The notes beneath the pieces are model-generated. The model did no database searches and had not been told where the DNA came from. It worked only from the letters and a program-made list of their open reading frames with translations. A stretch of 60,247 nucleotides of DNA from a virus (taxonomy: Duplodnaviria > Caudoviricetes): the IMG/VR virus record IMGVR_UViG_3300023118_000002, positions 1-60,247 of that record; one strand, given 5' to 3'. Position numbers and translations under genes: made by a program. Below, piece by piece: positions 52,501 to 60,247 of the stretch (position 1 is the stretch's first letter; each line of letters starts with the position of its first letter).

Positions 52501-53358
52501 CTTCGAGTCCGTAATCTTCACAGGCTTGTTAGTACCCATGAAGAGGAAGGCGTTGAAGAACATGTCATACGAAGGCTTGTACTTCTCGTTTACATTCATT
52601 ACCTCATGCGAGACAATAGAGTTGAGAGTGGTGTTGTCTTCGATTTTGGAGAGGTCGCCATCATGCTGTATCGCCACAAGCGGGTTGCTTTTGAAGGCTT
52701 CAGTGGCAAAGGCATTGTTATTACCAGTGAGCTGCTTGGCATTGAAGGTAACGAAATATCCTTCAGTGAGCTTTTGCAGGATGAGTAGGAAGGTAGACTT
52801 ACCAGTACCAGCGGCTCCGTAAAGAACAACAAATTTCTGGATCTGTTTAGCATCTCCGGCAATAATAGCTCCGAGAGCCCACTCAAGCTTGGCTCTCTCA
52901 TCAGGAGAGTATAGCGTTCCAATGAGCTCATCGTATGCTGAGTAATCTCCGGGTTGTAATGAATATGCCAGTCGTCTTGAAACATAGTCTTCTTTTTTCA
53001 CCTCCGTATTAGCAAATGTCAGGTCCACGTCAAGCTGTGTGCTGTTGTCACTAAGATGTCCGATGTAATTCCTGAATTGCAACCACGTATTCGTGCTGAA
53101 GTTGCCCAGGTACTTACGATGAACTTCCGTAACTGGTTCGGTGGTTACCTCATAAGCTTTAATATCCTCGTCTACTAGACGCTGAACATCGTACTCATCG
53201 GTTGACCAAAGACCCTTTGCTTCGTCCCAGATGGCATAGAAACTCCGGCCTCGGACCATAAGATCCTTGGAACGGATGACCTTGAAGTCAGGATATACCT
53301 CAACAACTCCAAGCTTTTTGCCTTCTAGCGGCCGCTCCTTAATTTGATCGAAATCCAT
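49522..53358 (-). CDS. fused SF3 helicase - AEP primase - 3'-5' exonuclease - family B DNA polymerase
   Basis: GAAGTGKS and FMGTN; IDFD and SKSGAGIHLHY; FDLE, GFNNRKYD, YCENDV; DVASMHP, KIVINIVYG, KTDS. Confidence 0.9.
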   Translation of the reverse strand: MDFDQIKERPLEGKKLGVVEVYPDFKVIRSKDLMVRGRSFYAIWDEAKGLWSTDEYDVQRLVDEDIKAYEVTTEPVTEVHRKYLGNFSTNTWLQFRNYIGHLSDNSTQLDVDLTFANTEVKKEDYVSRRLAYSLQPGDYSAYDELIGTLYSPDERAKLEWALGAIIAGDAKQIQKFVVLYGAAGTGKSTFLLILQKLTEGYFVTFNAKQLTGNNNAFATEAFKSNPLVAIQHDGDLSKIEDNTTLNSIVSHEVMNVNEKYKPSYDMFFNAFLFMGTNKPVKITDSKSGLLRRLIDVKPTGNKVSPRKYQALMSRIEFELGAIASHALEVYRNMGKDYYSGYVPEDMMLQTDVFFNFVEWHWEDLKDPEGISLKRAFDLYKDYVKEADLSFSMPMYKFREELKNYFENFEDVHIAEDGTRSRSWYTGFTADKFKSQKHVEEARVFSLVMDETESLFDREMATMPAQYSVNDDGYMKFWTNNPRIGKDGKEYIPADSKVVHTMLQDLDTTQEHYVKVPQNHIVIDFDLRDATGEKSAERSLEKASSWPSTYAEFSKSGAGIHLHYIYDGDVSELSSVYDDGIEVKVFNGDASLRRRLSRCNNIPVATLHPGALPTKEKKVMNSDQIKSEKALRELIDRNLRKEIHPGTKSSVDFIHKILEDAYASDLVYDVTDMRNKILAFAGNSTNQALPAMRLVAQMKFASEVSEEKYEDVEEEVKEVPIVIFDLEVYSNLFMICWKYYGAENVTTMINPSPAEVEQLLKFRLVGFNNRKYDNHILYARYLGYDNERLYKLSQKLISNVPNATFGEAYNLSYTDVFDFANEKKSLKKWEVDLDIPHVEMSIPWDKPAPEDMWDQIAAYCENDVRATEAVFDARKEDFIARQILSELSGLSANATTQQHAARIVFGENRRPQEEFVYTNLADEFPGYTFESGKSTFHGEITGEGGYVYAEPGMYENVVLLDVASMHPTSIELLNLFGDEYTKNYAEIKKARIAIKRKNFDEAREMFGGRLAKYLEDTSGSDALAYALKIVINIVYGLTMQKFENAFRDPRNVDNIVAKRGALFMILCKQMVQEFGYQVIHIKTDSIKIVVPKDTDPKTIIDAVMEFGQNYGYEFEHEATYEKICLVNDAVFVGKKTDGRKPAEWDATGAQFKHPYVFKKLFTHQNILFKDKCETKSVQTSLWLDFTNDKEMMALANDNKRFVGKTGVFCPVTEGGGLLQREKDGKFHSATGATGYLWLESEMVKTMGLEKSIDMRYFDHLVDDAKDNIAKFGDVEWFVS

Positions 53359-53382
53359 TGGGCCTCCTTTCAGGAGCGTTTG

Positions 53383-53931
53383 CTATACATTGATGTTCTC
53401 CATCAAGTATTGGGACATTTGGTACCATATCTCGACTTCCCGCTGGTCGTGTCCAGGGTGTCGAAGAGGGAACAACCCCTCACTTCCATCTGCTCGATAG
53501 GTGCGGTTGACGACTCCACGAATAAGTTCGTCAATTTCAATCTGGACCTGGTCGTTAAACATCTCATCGACGTAACGACGCAGGTCCAGATTATCCATTA
53601 ATCTCCAGAACCAATAGTCGGTACCCATCTGGGTCTCGAAATCCATTCTGCCGGCGAGGGCGACGACCATCTCAAGGAAACTGCATGGCTCTGATAGCCA
53701 CATCCCATCGACGTCGCCGCCCTCTTCCTCATCTACAAATCGCTGGCGCAAGTCCAGACCATCGTAGAGTCGGTTGTCATCATTAGGAATGAACCAGCTG
53801 AACTCAACCTTGTAAAGCTGCACGCACAGAAGCCAATGACTCCTTGCCGGATTACGCTGAGTGTCTGGTTCAAGTTGACGGTGTAGCCAGGTTAGATACC
53901 GCTCATCGAGTGTTCCATTAGTCGCCATCAC
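53383..53931 (-). CDS. conserved hypothetical protein
   Basis: DDNR..DGLDLR..F, CSFLEM, GLFPL, VEIWYQM blocks. Confidence 0.75.
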   Translation of the reverse strand: MMATNGTLDERYLTWLHRQLEPDTQRNPARSHWLLCVQLYKVEFSWFIPNDDNRLYDGLDLRQRFVDEEEGGDVDGMWLSEPCSFLEMVVALAGRMDFETQMGTDYWFWRLMDNLDLRRYVDEMFNDQVQIEIDELIRGVVNRTYRADGSEGLFPLRHPGHDQREVEIWYQMSQYLMENINV

Positions 53932-54733
53932 TCTCCCGCATCTTGAGCGGCTTCGTCATCATCCGCTTCATTTCATCCTCTGGGATGATGTTAAGGACCA
54001 CACGGGTGTACGTCCGGTCGTCACGAGTGACCTCGTAGTCGTTCTCCTGACGCTCGTCACGGATATAGACCTGGTTCTCGTCGGTAGTTCCCTGGCCCCA
54101 CTTCTGATCGAAGAGCTCACCCAGAACTTGCTTGGGGTTCGGAACGATCTGCTCACTCGAGTCGATGAGCGTCTCATCCCCTTCGAAATATGTCAGCTCG
54201 AGCTTCGAGTAAGGGCTTTCGCTCTCCATGTACTCGTCGATCGAGATGACATACGGACCGTTGGGATCACGAACCGTTGTGAAGCTGGGCACAGAAGGCA
54301 CCGGAATATCCGCGTCAGCATCAACGTCGTCTACCTGGCCCGGGAAAGTAACTCCGCCGTAAGGAACAGTCTGACTCTTGAACTTCTCGATGATGCCCTT
54401 GACGTCTACCTGATTCTCAGGATCGTCATCATCAGACTCCGTCGGCTTCGGATCTGCCGAGTCGTACTCATCGATCACACCTGGATCTTCAAGAGGCTGC
54501 TCATGCTCGAGCGGACCGGTCTCCGGGTGAAGCTCAGCAACGGCCGATTCCGGAGTTGCATAGGGACCAGTCTTGTTGGCGCGATGAATATCGTCAATCC
54601 AGTCAGCCCGGATCTCTTCGACTGCTTTGTTGAAGCCCTTGGTTGCCCGGCGCATCGCTGCGAAATATCCGATGCCGAAACCGGCTCCCAGTCCTGCCGC
54701 GACAAGACCAGCGTATTTAAGTTTGATGTTCAT
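53918..54733 (-). CDS. acidic protein with N-terminal membrane anchor
   Basis: Gly-rich TM helix; PYVIS..EY, LTYF..D, VYIR blocks. Confidence 0.75.
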   Translation of the reverse strand: MNIKLKYAGLVAAGLGAGFGIGYFAAMRRATKGFNKAVEEIRADWIDDIHRANKTGPYATPESAVAELHPETGPLEHEQPLEDPGVIDEYDSADPKPTESDDDDPENQVDVKGIIEKFKSQTVPYGGVTFPGQVDDVDADADIPVPSVPSFTTVRDPNGPYVISIDEYMESESPYSKLELTYFEGDETLIDSSEQIVPNPKQVLGELFDQKWGQGTTDENQVYIRDERQENDYEVTRDDRTYTRVVLNIIPEDEMKRMMTKPLKMRESDGD

Positions 54734-55152
54734 TACTTCTTCTCCTGAGTTTTGGTAGCCGGCTTGCGACGGGGGTTTCTTTTGACTGGCGGTTTGCTCG
54801 GCTCCATGTTTTTCCGAAGCTCCTGCAAGGCGGGGTTATCCCGAAATGGAGTTTGAGTGAGGTGCTCTTTTGGAACGTAAGGCATCTTCTTAAGACCACC
54901 TTCTTTTGGTATGATGAACTCTCGCGCTACTTCATCGGTGAAGACTTCGTCACCAATCTGCTCAAGGTTCTTGAGAAAGAGCTCATGGTCAAACTTAGTT
55001 CCGTCAGGCGCAGGAATATGCTTGACAGGTGCCTCTACGAGATTCTTGGTGTCCTTCATGGCCTCAGTCAATTCTTTGATCTGAGCAGAAGTCTTAAGAG
55101 TATCCTCACTGAATTTATTTGGTCGGGGTTTGGGCTTCGGAATTTCCATCAT
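54733..55152 (-). CDS. Lys/Pro-rich hypothetical protein
   Basis: AAGGAGAG RBS before ATG 55152. Confidence 0.65.
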   Translation of the reverse strand: MMEIPKPKPRPNKFSEDTLKTSAQIKELTEAMKDTKNLVEAPVKHIPAPDGTKFDHELFLKNLEQIGDEVFTDEVAREFIIPKEGGLKKMPYVPKEHLTQTPFRDNPALQELRKNMEPSKPPVKRNPRRKPATKTQEKK

Positions 55153-55233
55153 TCTCTCCTTGTAAAGTGAGAGGCCGCAACGATACTTTTCAAATAGCAT
55201 TGCGGCCTCTGTGTAACTTTGAACTGCTAGTGA

Positions 55234-56133
55234 TTAGATCTTGTCGTAGATCACCCCGTCGACGTTGAAGTCGAGCCAGATGTTCTTTTCCCAACCGTTG
55301 ATGAAGTTGCGCTTGGACTGAGTGGATGCGTCATACAGACCAAAGTCGATGAAGTTGTCACCGTCCTTGCTGATGATCCATCCCACAACTGCACCTTCAG
55401 GGGTGTGCGGGAATCCGAGACGCTCATAAACCTCATTGAGGAAGATGTGCCCGGTTGCAAGCAGCTTGTCATTGAGTCGGTTCTGCTCGGACGTCAAGAA
55501 GAACTGGTTGTAACCAGCTCCATCCTGCCAGTAGTCATTACCCTCATCAAAGACACGAGCGTACTTGCTCATCTTGGTCGGGTCGACCTCAGTGACCACA
55601 GTCTTCTTACCGTCAGGACCCTTCTCCGAAGACTCGGTGATGCCCAGTCGGTAGTCCCGATCTTTGTCTGCACCGAGGTCCTCGATCACACGAGCACGGT
55701 AAGCCGCGAAGCTCTTCTCAACTGCGTTGTATGCAGCGACAAGTGCGACGTTACGCTTACGCATGATGCCGTGACCTGCAAGGATTGCTCCAGCACCGGA
55801 GATAAAGAGGGACGTAGCAGGGCCATAGAGCTTGGTGAACTCCAGCACGTTTCTCAAATATACTCTGTAAAGCTGGCGCTTGTAGTTGGCCTCGGTGTAC
55901 TCTTCAACCTCGTCAGGGTTTTCCTGAGAGAGAGCATAAGACTGCTTCGTGTCGTTGACACGGCGCTCAGCACGAGCAACCGTTTCTTCAAGACGAAGGG
56001 TAGAACGAACCGCGAGAAAAGCTCCGGCGGACATACTGACAAGACCAACGCCCGTCAGAATCTCCGGCGCGTACTTCTTGACCAGCAGCCCACCTCGGCC
56101 TACAACACCGTTGAGGCTAGTTGGTACCATCAT
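55234..56133 (-). CDS. conserved phage protein (DUF6353-like), paralog of 2877..3671
   Basis: PEILTGVG, FLNEVYERLG, VVGW, LDFNVDG. Confidence 0.75.
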   Translation of the reverse strand: MMVPTSLNGVVGRGGLLVKKYAPEILTGVGLVSMSAGAFLAVRSTLRLEETVARAERRVNDTKQSYALSQENPDEVEEYTEANYKRQLYRVYLRNVLEFTKLYGPATSLFISGAGAILAGHGIMRKRNVALVAAYNAVEKSFAAYRARVIEDLGADKDRDYRLGITESSEKGPDGKKTVVTEVDPTKMSKYARVFDEGNDYWQDGAGYNQFFLTSEQNRLNDKLLATGHIFLNEVYERLGFPHTPEGAVVGWIISKDGDNFIDFGLYDASTQSKRNFINGWEKNIWLDFNVDGVIYDKI

Positions 56134-56422
56134 TTTTCTCCTTCATTTCTATTTCTAGTTGTTTCTCTTCCGGAGTCTTAGGTCGGACTCGGAATTCTTG
56201 TCGAACGCTGAATCTGTGATCCTCTTCTACAAGGATGTTATCAGCTCGGATGATTGTGACGGGGTATTCTTCGATCACGTAGTAAAGCGCAAATACTTCA
56301 GGAGACAGACCAGACGCATGGACCATCGCCTCAAGCCATTGCTCTTTGTCGTAAGCGATCGAGTCAACGATGTTCATGACGAACTCTTGAAACTGGAAAG
56401 GCCCGTCTCCTGTGTCAGGCAT
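56117..56422 (-). CDS. hypothetical protein
   Basis: Start moved to MPDTG to avoid overlap with the upstream gene. Confidence 0.55.
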   Translation of the reverse strand: MPDTGDGPFQFQEFVMNIVDSIAYDKEQWLEAMVHASGLSPEVFALYYVIEEYPVTIIRADNILVEEDHRFSVRQEFRVRPKTPEEKQLEIEMKEKNDGTN

Positions 56423-56669
56423 TTGGGTGATCTTCAGCCAAGCCGGGTCGGATACTTCCAATAGGCCCGTGATCGGTAAGCCCTCCGGCGTTGACCATGA
56501 ACTCGGAAGCGGGGGACAGCCCGTATAGACTCTGTCCGCTTTTAAATTCGAACCCAAGAGTCTCAAGATCTCCTGATTTGACGTTTCGCCGCTCGTTAAC
56601 TTTTGAAACGGTACCGAATCCTGCGACATAATCACCTACCGCTATCTCACTTGCTGGGATGTTTAGCAT
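56415..56669 (-). CDS. hypothetical protein
   Basis: IPASEIAVGD small beta-barrel-like start; GGAG upstream. Confidence 0.55.
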   Translation of the reverse strand: MLNIPASEIAVGDYVAGFGTVSKVNERRNVKSGDLETLGFEFKSGQSLYGLSPASEFMVNAGGLTDHGPIGSIRPGLAEDHPNA

Positions 56670-56814
56670 TAGATCTTCTTTCTCCACATAAGGGGCTCGT
56701 GCATAGAATCTGCAAATTCCCAACCCGCTTCAAAAAGAATCTTGACGACATCTTGAGGTAGACCTGAGATGACAGAAACATTCTCGATGATCTCTGCCTG
56801 CAGCGAAATATCCA

Positions 56815-57489
56815 TTATCGGATAGGCTTAGTCGCCGGCAGATCAAGCACGAATCCGTCTCGAACACTGGTGATAGTGGCACCACGCAAGTCGAACCACC
56901 CCCACTTGTCATCTGCATAGCTGCCCGTGATCTGCACAAGCTCATACAGATCGGACACCGCTGCTACATCGTAACGATCTACGATATCGATGAGGCTTGA
57001 CAGAACCAGCTCTGCCTCGGCACGGGTTTGAAGCACGATGTTGTCGAAGTTGTGAGTAGCCATATCTCGTGATGAGATCTCCCTTGAAGGGGTTGTGGTA
57101 CCACCATTACGACTGATCAAGTTATAGTTAACCTGACCTGGACGGCGACTTCCGTTACCGGGAATCCCAACACTCTGTCCGAACAGAGCACGGTTAGCAC
57201 CCTGTGAGATCATGTCAAATATAACTGTCTTGATAGCCGGCACTGCCACCTCAAAGAGGAGATAGTCACCAACACCGCGTGCATCATCACCTGTAAAAGC
57301 CTGACGAAGACGCGATGCGAGCTTTGGCTTCTGCTTAACCGCTGTCACACCCTCGAGAGGAACGATCTTAGGCTTAACTTTGCCCTCTTCGGTTGCGCCC
57401 TCTTTGCTTTTCTTGCTGTTGGGTGGGAATGCGGCACGGTTAACTCGAGCTGGATCAACCAAGGGGGTCTTTTCTTCATTTTCAGGCAT
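56815..57489 (-). CDS. conserved hypothetical protein
   Basis: PPNS, TRAEAE.VL, VSDLYEL, KWGW blocks; AAGGA RBS. Confidence 0.75.
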   Translation of the reverse strand: MPENEEKTPLVDPARVNRAAFPPNSKKSKEGATEEGKVKPKIVPLEGVTAVKQKPKLASRLRQAFTGDDARGVGDYLLFEVAVPAIKTVIFDMISQGANRALFGQSVGIPGNGSRRPGQVNYNLISRNGGTTTPSREISSRDMATHNFDNIVLQTRAEAELVLSSLIDIVDRYDVAAVSDLYELVQITGSYADDKWGWFDLRGATITSVRDGFVLDLPATKPIR

Positions 57490-57507
57490 GTTTTGTCCTT
57501 TTGCTTA

Positions 57508-57541
57508 GAAAAGCTAAATGGGTTGTTATACCCACCTAGCT
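57508..57541 (-). terminator. hairpin plus T-run
   Basis: AGCTAGGTGGGT-ATAACA-ACCCATTTAGCT-TTT. Confidence 0.65.
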
Positions 57542-57547
57542 AAGTTA

Positions 57548-57925
57548 CTACTGGTTGTCCGACTCAGGCTTGTTGTCGTCCTGCTTTTTCTGGAGATCTT
57601 CGTCTGATGCGTGAAGAAGCTCCTTCTCCCAATCAGCCAAAGGCTCTTTATCACTCGGCTCGATTGCGTGATCGGCTTTCGGGTTGAACAGAGCGCTCAC
57701 CTTTTCTGCGTAGTTGTCGATCTGACTGGAGACGTGCTTTGCGGAAAGATCGCCCAGAACACCGGACAATCCCCAGCCTCCGATGGAGACCATGACTTTC
57801 TGGATCTTGCCAGAATCAAGGGGCGTAGTTGCCTTAACGAGATTGCCGACGACTGCTCCGACGCCGGCGCTTACTGCGAGTTCAGCTACACCTTTCAGAA
57901 GGCTAAGCTTGTTGATTGTTGCCAT
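57548..57925 (-). CDS. hypothetical protein with hydrophobic hairpin
   Basis: Promoter copy 8 and extended RBS. Confidence 0.75.
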   Translation of the reverse strand: MATINKLSLLKGVAELAVSAGVGAVVGNLVKATTPLDSGKIQKVMVSIGGWGLSGVLGDLSAKHVSSQIDNYAEKVSALFNPKADHAIEPSDKEPLADWEKELLHASDEDLQKKQDDNKPESDNQ

Positions 57926-57972
57926 GTTGTTCTCCTTTCAAGAGACAAATATAAAGCACCGGTTAGGGTCCT

Positions 57973-57999
57973 TCGTTATAGTGCATGTTATTTGTGCGA
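57973..57999 (-). promoter_or_regulatory. phage promoter motif copy 8
   Basis: TCGC ACAAATA ACA TGCAC TATAACGA. Confidence 0.75.
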
Positions 58000-58003
58000 A
58001 TGT

Positions 58004-58534
58004 TTACTTACTCGTGAAGATGGCGTTCTTGTACTCGAAGCTGGGGGAGTAGGCGATCGTGATATCTGCGGCGTCAGCAACGCTGAAAGCCTCGTTCCAC
58101 TTCATCGTCTGTCCAGCAAGAAGCGGGCCAGCGGGGGTGTCGCCGATGTTCTGACCGAAGTCCGAGATCGCTGCAGCCTGCTGTCCACCGGAGGTAGCTG
58201 TGGGCCACCCAGCCTGGTCGAGAGTCTTGTCCGAGTTGTTGGTAACTACGAGAGTGACCTGAATATAAGTCATTCCAGCAGTCGCTCCAGCCGCCTCAGG
58301 AGAAGGCGTGTATGGCGCTGCAGGGCTCACCGAGACGCTGACACCGTCCTTGTAGGTCACTACCTCGCCGAACTTCTTGACCAAAGGATCGGTCACAGGA
58401 GCAGGTGCCGGCTTCTCAACGGTTGCCGAGGAGGCCTTGGGATCTGCGTGGGTGGAACCCTGAACGGCGCATCCTGACATCAGGAGAACGACGGGGAGGG
58501 CGATTGCGATGCTGATTTTCTGGATGGTGTTCAT
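58004..58534 (-). CDS. lipoprotein with Ig-like (DUF4352-like) domain
   Basis: Signal peptide with lipobox-like MSGC; VTLVVTNNSD and LLAGQT motifs. Confidence 0.8.
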   Translation of the reverse strand: MNTIQKISIAIALPVVLLMSGCAVQGSTHADPKASSATVEKPAPAPVTDPLVKKFGEVVTYKDGVSVSVSPAAPYTPSPEAAGATAGMTYIQVTLVVTNNSDKTLDQAGWPTATSGGQQAAAISDFGQNIGDTPAGPLLAGQTMKWNEAFSVADAADITIAYSPSFEYKNAIFTSK

Positions 58535-58576
58535 TTTAGGTTTCTCCTTTCAAGAGAATTTATTTGTTGGTAAAAG

Positions 58577-58666
58577 TGTCGTTTTTATTACATAGCCTGG
58601 CAGGGCTTGTAACTGACCAGCTCACTTTAAGGCTGGAGGACGACATTCCCATCTGACTGCCATCAG
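58577..58666 (-). ncRNA. putative kissing-loop structured RNA
   Basis: Hairpin loops UGGCAG (58657-58662) and CUGCCA (58598-58603) are complementary; stems UGUCGU/ACGACA and CCAGC/GCUGG. Confidence 0.5.
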
Positions 58667-58668
58667 CG

Positions 58669-58758
58669 TGCCCGCCCAGGGACTCGAACCCTGGATCTGT
58701 CAGAGGATATGAACATTATTTAGAGGTTCATACTTGAAGACGCTACCGTCTCGCGGGC
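58669..58758 (-). ncRNA. non-canonical tRNA-like element (90 nt)
   Basis: GCCCGC/GCGGGC acceptor-like stem plus A; T-arm CAGGG-TTCGAGT-CCCTG; arms AGACG/CGTCT and TATGAAC/GTTCATA with an 11 nt loop; no encoded CCA. Confidence 0.65.
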
Positions 58759-58762
58759 TACC

Positions 58763-58802
58763 TCTCATCGCCTATCTTGAAAGGAGGTTTGTGGCGATGA
58801 GA
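58763..58802 (-). ncRNA. hairpin displaying CCUCCUUUCAAGA in a 20 nt loop
   Basis: Perfect 10 bp stem TCTCATCGCC/GGCGATGAGA; motif at 58775-58787. Confidence 0.6.
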
Positions 58803-58808
58803 AACTTG

Positions 58809-59501
58809 TTACTGCTGCGGTGCCTGGCCCGGGAAGAGATCCGTGCGAGGTGTGGACTGCTGAGTTACACCTTCCGCCGGAACTGCCGCATCTGGAACCG
58901 GAGTTCCACCGTAAGGGTATCCGTCAGGTCCAGCAGTCGGTGTCTGATACTGCTGAGGAGGCTGAACTTCCTGGGGCGCGGAGAACTGTACAGGCTGAGC
59001 GGGGGCAGTATCCTGCTGTCCCTGAGGAACTCCAAGACTTCCGGGGGTACCTGCTCCGCCCGCAACCGGAGGAGTAGGCCGCTCGGTGTTTGCACCAGGC
59101 CGAAATCCCTTGACTGCCTGTGCCTCACGATTCTTCGCAGCAATGTCTGGAGGAAGAATTGCGTTGATGAACTCCGCGGAATATCCACCGTTCTGAAGGA
59201 GCTCCATGATGAGAACAGAGTACGGCTCCGAGTTCTCAAAGCGAGCCCAGACCTCGTCGGACTTGAAGAAGGATTCACCATCCTCGCTCTTCTCACCATA
59301 GGTCCACTTGAGGATCTTGCGGAACTCCGGCATAACGACAGAGCCCTTATCTGAGGCACTGATCTTAGCCAGGGTCTCTGACCAGGTTCCATCGGACTCG
59401 AGCTCACGCATGGCAAGCTCGGCCTTGGTCAAGTTGAAGTAGAAATCTTTCGTGACCTGCTGGCCGTTGAAGTTGGTGTATGTAATCGGCTTGACGAGCA
59501 T
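58809..59501 (-). CDS. conserved hypothetical protein with Pro/Gln-rich tail
   Basis: ITYTNFNG..DFYFNLTKAEL and YGEKSEDG..F.KS blocks. Confidence 0.8.
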   Translation of the reverse strand: MLVKPITYTNFNGQQVTKDFYFNLTKAELAMRELESDGTWSETLAKISASDKGSVVMPEFRKILKWTYGEKSEDGESFFKSDEVWARFENSEPYSVLIMELLQNGGYSAEFINAILPPDIAAKNREAQAVKGFRPGANTERPTPPVAGGAGTPGSLGVPQGQQDTAPAQPVQFSAPQEVQPPQQYQTPTAGPDGYPYGGTPVPDAAVPAEGVTQQSTPRTDLFPGQAPQQ

Positions 59502-59509
59502 TGTTTTCC

Positions 59510-59989
59510 TTAAATTGCGTTGTGGTCAAAGACCTGGTTTGCGGTTTTCTTGTAGGTGTCGACGTATGTTTGGTGCCGTGTGACATCGTGTGTGACTTCG
59601 AAATATAGCCCGTCACCTGGAACTGTGGTGGAGATCATTGCTTTCCAGTTGCCCAGAATATAGGTCCACCAGACAATGTAGAGCTGCTCGACCGTCAACT
59701 CGTCTTCACCAGATTCGGCTGTGACAACTGCGTGAGCACCAACTACATACTGCTTGGCGTAGCGAAGGAAACGGTTAGGATCTTTGTCGTAATCCGAGGT
59801 GTCTTCGAACGGGGGATCTGCCTTGGAGGCCCACTTGGGTACCGAACTTCCATCGGGAAGTTTATCAATAGCCTCCTTCGAACATTGGGGACATAGTCCA
59901 GGTCCACCACAGCGCGCTCGGACTCGCTTGTACGATTCATCGTCGCTTGATGTTCCCGGAATATGATGTCCGTGACTTGTTAGAGCCAT
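59510..59989 (-). CDS. DUF6275-like protein with N-terminal Cys cluster
   Basis: YIVW....LGNWKAMIST....LYFEVT....TYVDTYKK; RCGGPGLCPQC. Confidence 0.7.
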   Translation of the reverse strand: MALTSHGHHIPGTSSDDESYKRVRARCGGPGLCPQCSKEAIDKLPDGSSVPKWASKADPPFEDTSDYDKDPNRFLRYAKQYVVGAHAVVTAESGEDELTVEQLYIVWWTYILGNWKAMISTTVPGDGLYFEVTHDVTRHQTYVDTYKKTANQVFDHNAI

Positions 59990-60165
59990 CTTGGGTCCCT
60001 TTCTTCATCTGCTGGTTGTGCTTTGACGATCTCTCGGTAAGTGTCAGTCCACTGGCGGCCTGTCCAAAAGCGATCGTGAGTCACACTCCAGATCTTGTAC
60101 CCGATGGAAGTGTCGTCTGGAGGGTTTTGCTCACTTTCCGGTAGCGCGTTAGTTACTTCATCCAT
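59980..60165 (-). CDS. hypothetical protein
   Basis: 61 aa; start coupled to the stop of the 45..251 gene copy. Confidence 0.6.
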   Translation of the reverse strand: MDEVTNALPESEQNPPDDTSIGYKIWSVTHDRFWTGRQWTDTYREIVKAQPADEERDPRWL

Positions 60166-60247
60166 TAGATAGTGGCTCTAGGAAACGCGTAGATAAAGAG
60201 CACAATACCCAGTACAAGGTTGAATGCTCCGATGAGAGACAGCCCGG
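60121..60247. repeat. 127 bp end overlap, copy of 1..127
   Basis: Exact identity. Confidence 0.95.

Noticed and set aside
56730-56945. 71 aa ORF
   Set aside because: Mostly overlaps 56815..57489 in another frame and lacks an RBS
58585-58635. Twister ribozyme (GUUACAAGCCC resembles its L4 loop) or HDV-like theta ribozyme after the tRNA-like element
   Set aside because: The conserved GA before the pseudoknot strand reads AU, P1 is unsupported, and I could not build the HDV nested pseudoknot; an Infernal search would settle it
58669-58700. attP site or functional tRNA
   Set aside because: No integrase recognised; D and anticodon arms are non-canonical, so no anticodon can be assigned
58734-59354. 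Plus-strand gene using the TCTTGAAAGGAGG at 58775
   Set aside because: Arg-rich frame antisense to a conserved gene, with its ATG inside a stem; kept only as an alternative explanation

Overview
The window is an apparently complete, circularly assembled tailed-phage genome: a 60,120 bp unit plus a 127 bp end overlap (1..127 = 60121..60247). Essentially all real genes are on the minus strand. It is a siphovirus with no integrase or repressor that I could recognise, probably infecting an actinobacterium (GAAAGGAG RBSs, LAxTG-anchored protein). Gene order resembles my recollection of the ReqiPepy6/Arthrobacter AM/Gordonia DJ/Streptomyces BI group. From a likely cos site at ~33680-33688, reading down in coordinates: lysis, packaging, protease-capsid fusion, three tail-tube paralogs, tape measure, baseplate, an array of small promoter-gene-terminator cassettes, then across the overlap a helicase-primase-PolB fusion, SSB, ThyX, SF2 helicase, a candidate origin, two nucleases and a ~910 aa protein. 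Main observations: (1) that protein has the motifs of a single-subunit two-barrel (YonO/cellular-RdRP-like) RNA polymerase with three HTHs, and eight copies of a rigidly spaced TCGC-N7-ACA-N5-TATARYGA motif are its candidate promoter; (2) an L-x-H motif repeated through the capsid scaffold also starts the polymerase, a GNAT protein and two other proteins, suggesting protease-processed virion cargo; (3) two intergenic structured RNAs display CCUCCUUUCAAG in loops, the complement of the extended RBS used by about 12 small genes; (4) a pistol ribozyme, two tRNA-like T-loop RNAs and a kissing-loop RNA; (5) micro-ORFs resembling a ribonucleotide-reductase CxxC tail and the capsid scaffold helix. 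All calls come from motif reading by eye; no searches or folding programs were run.
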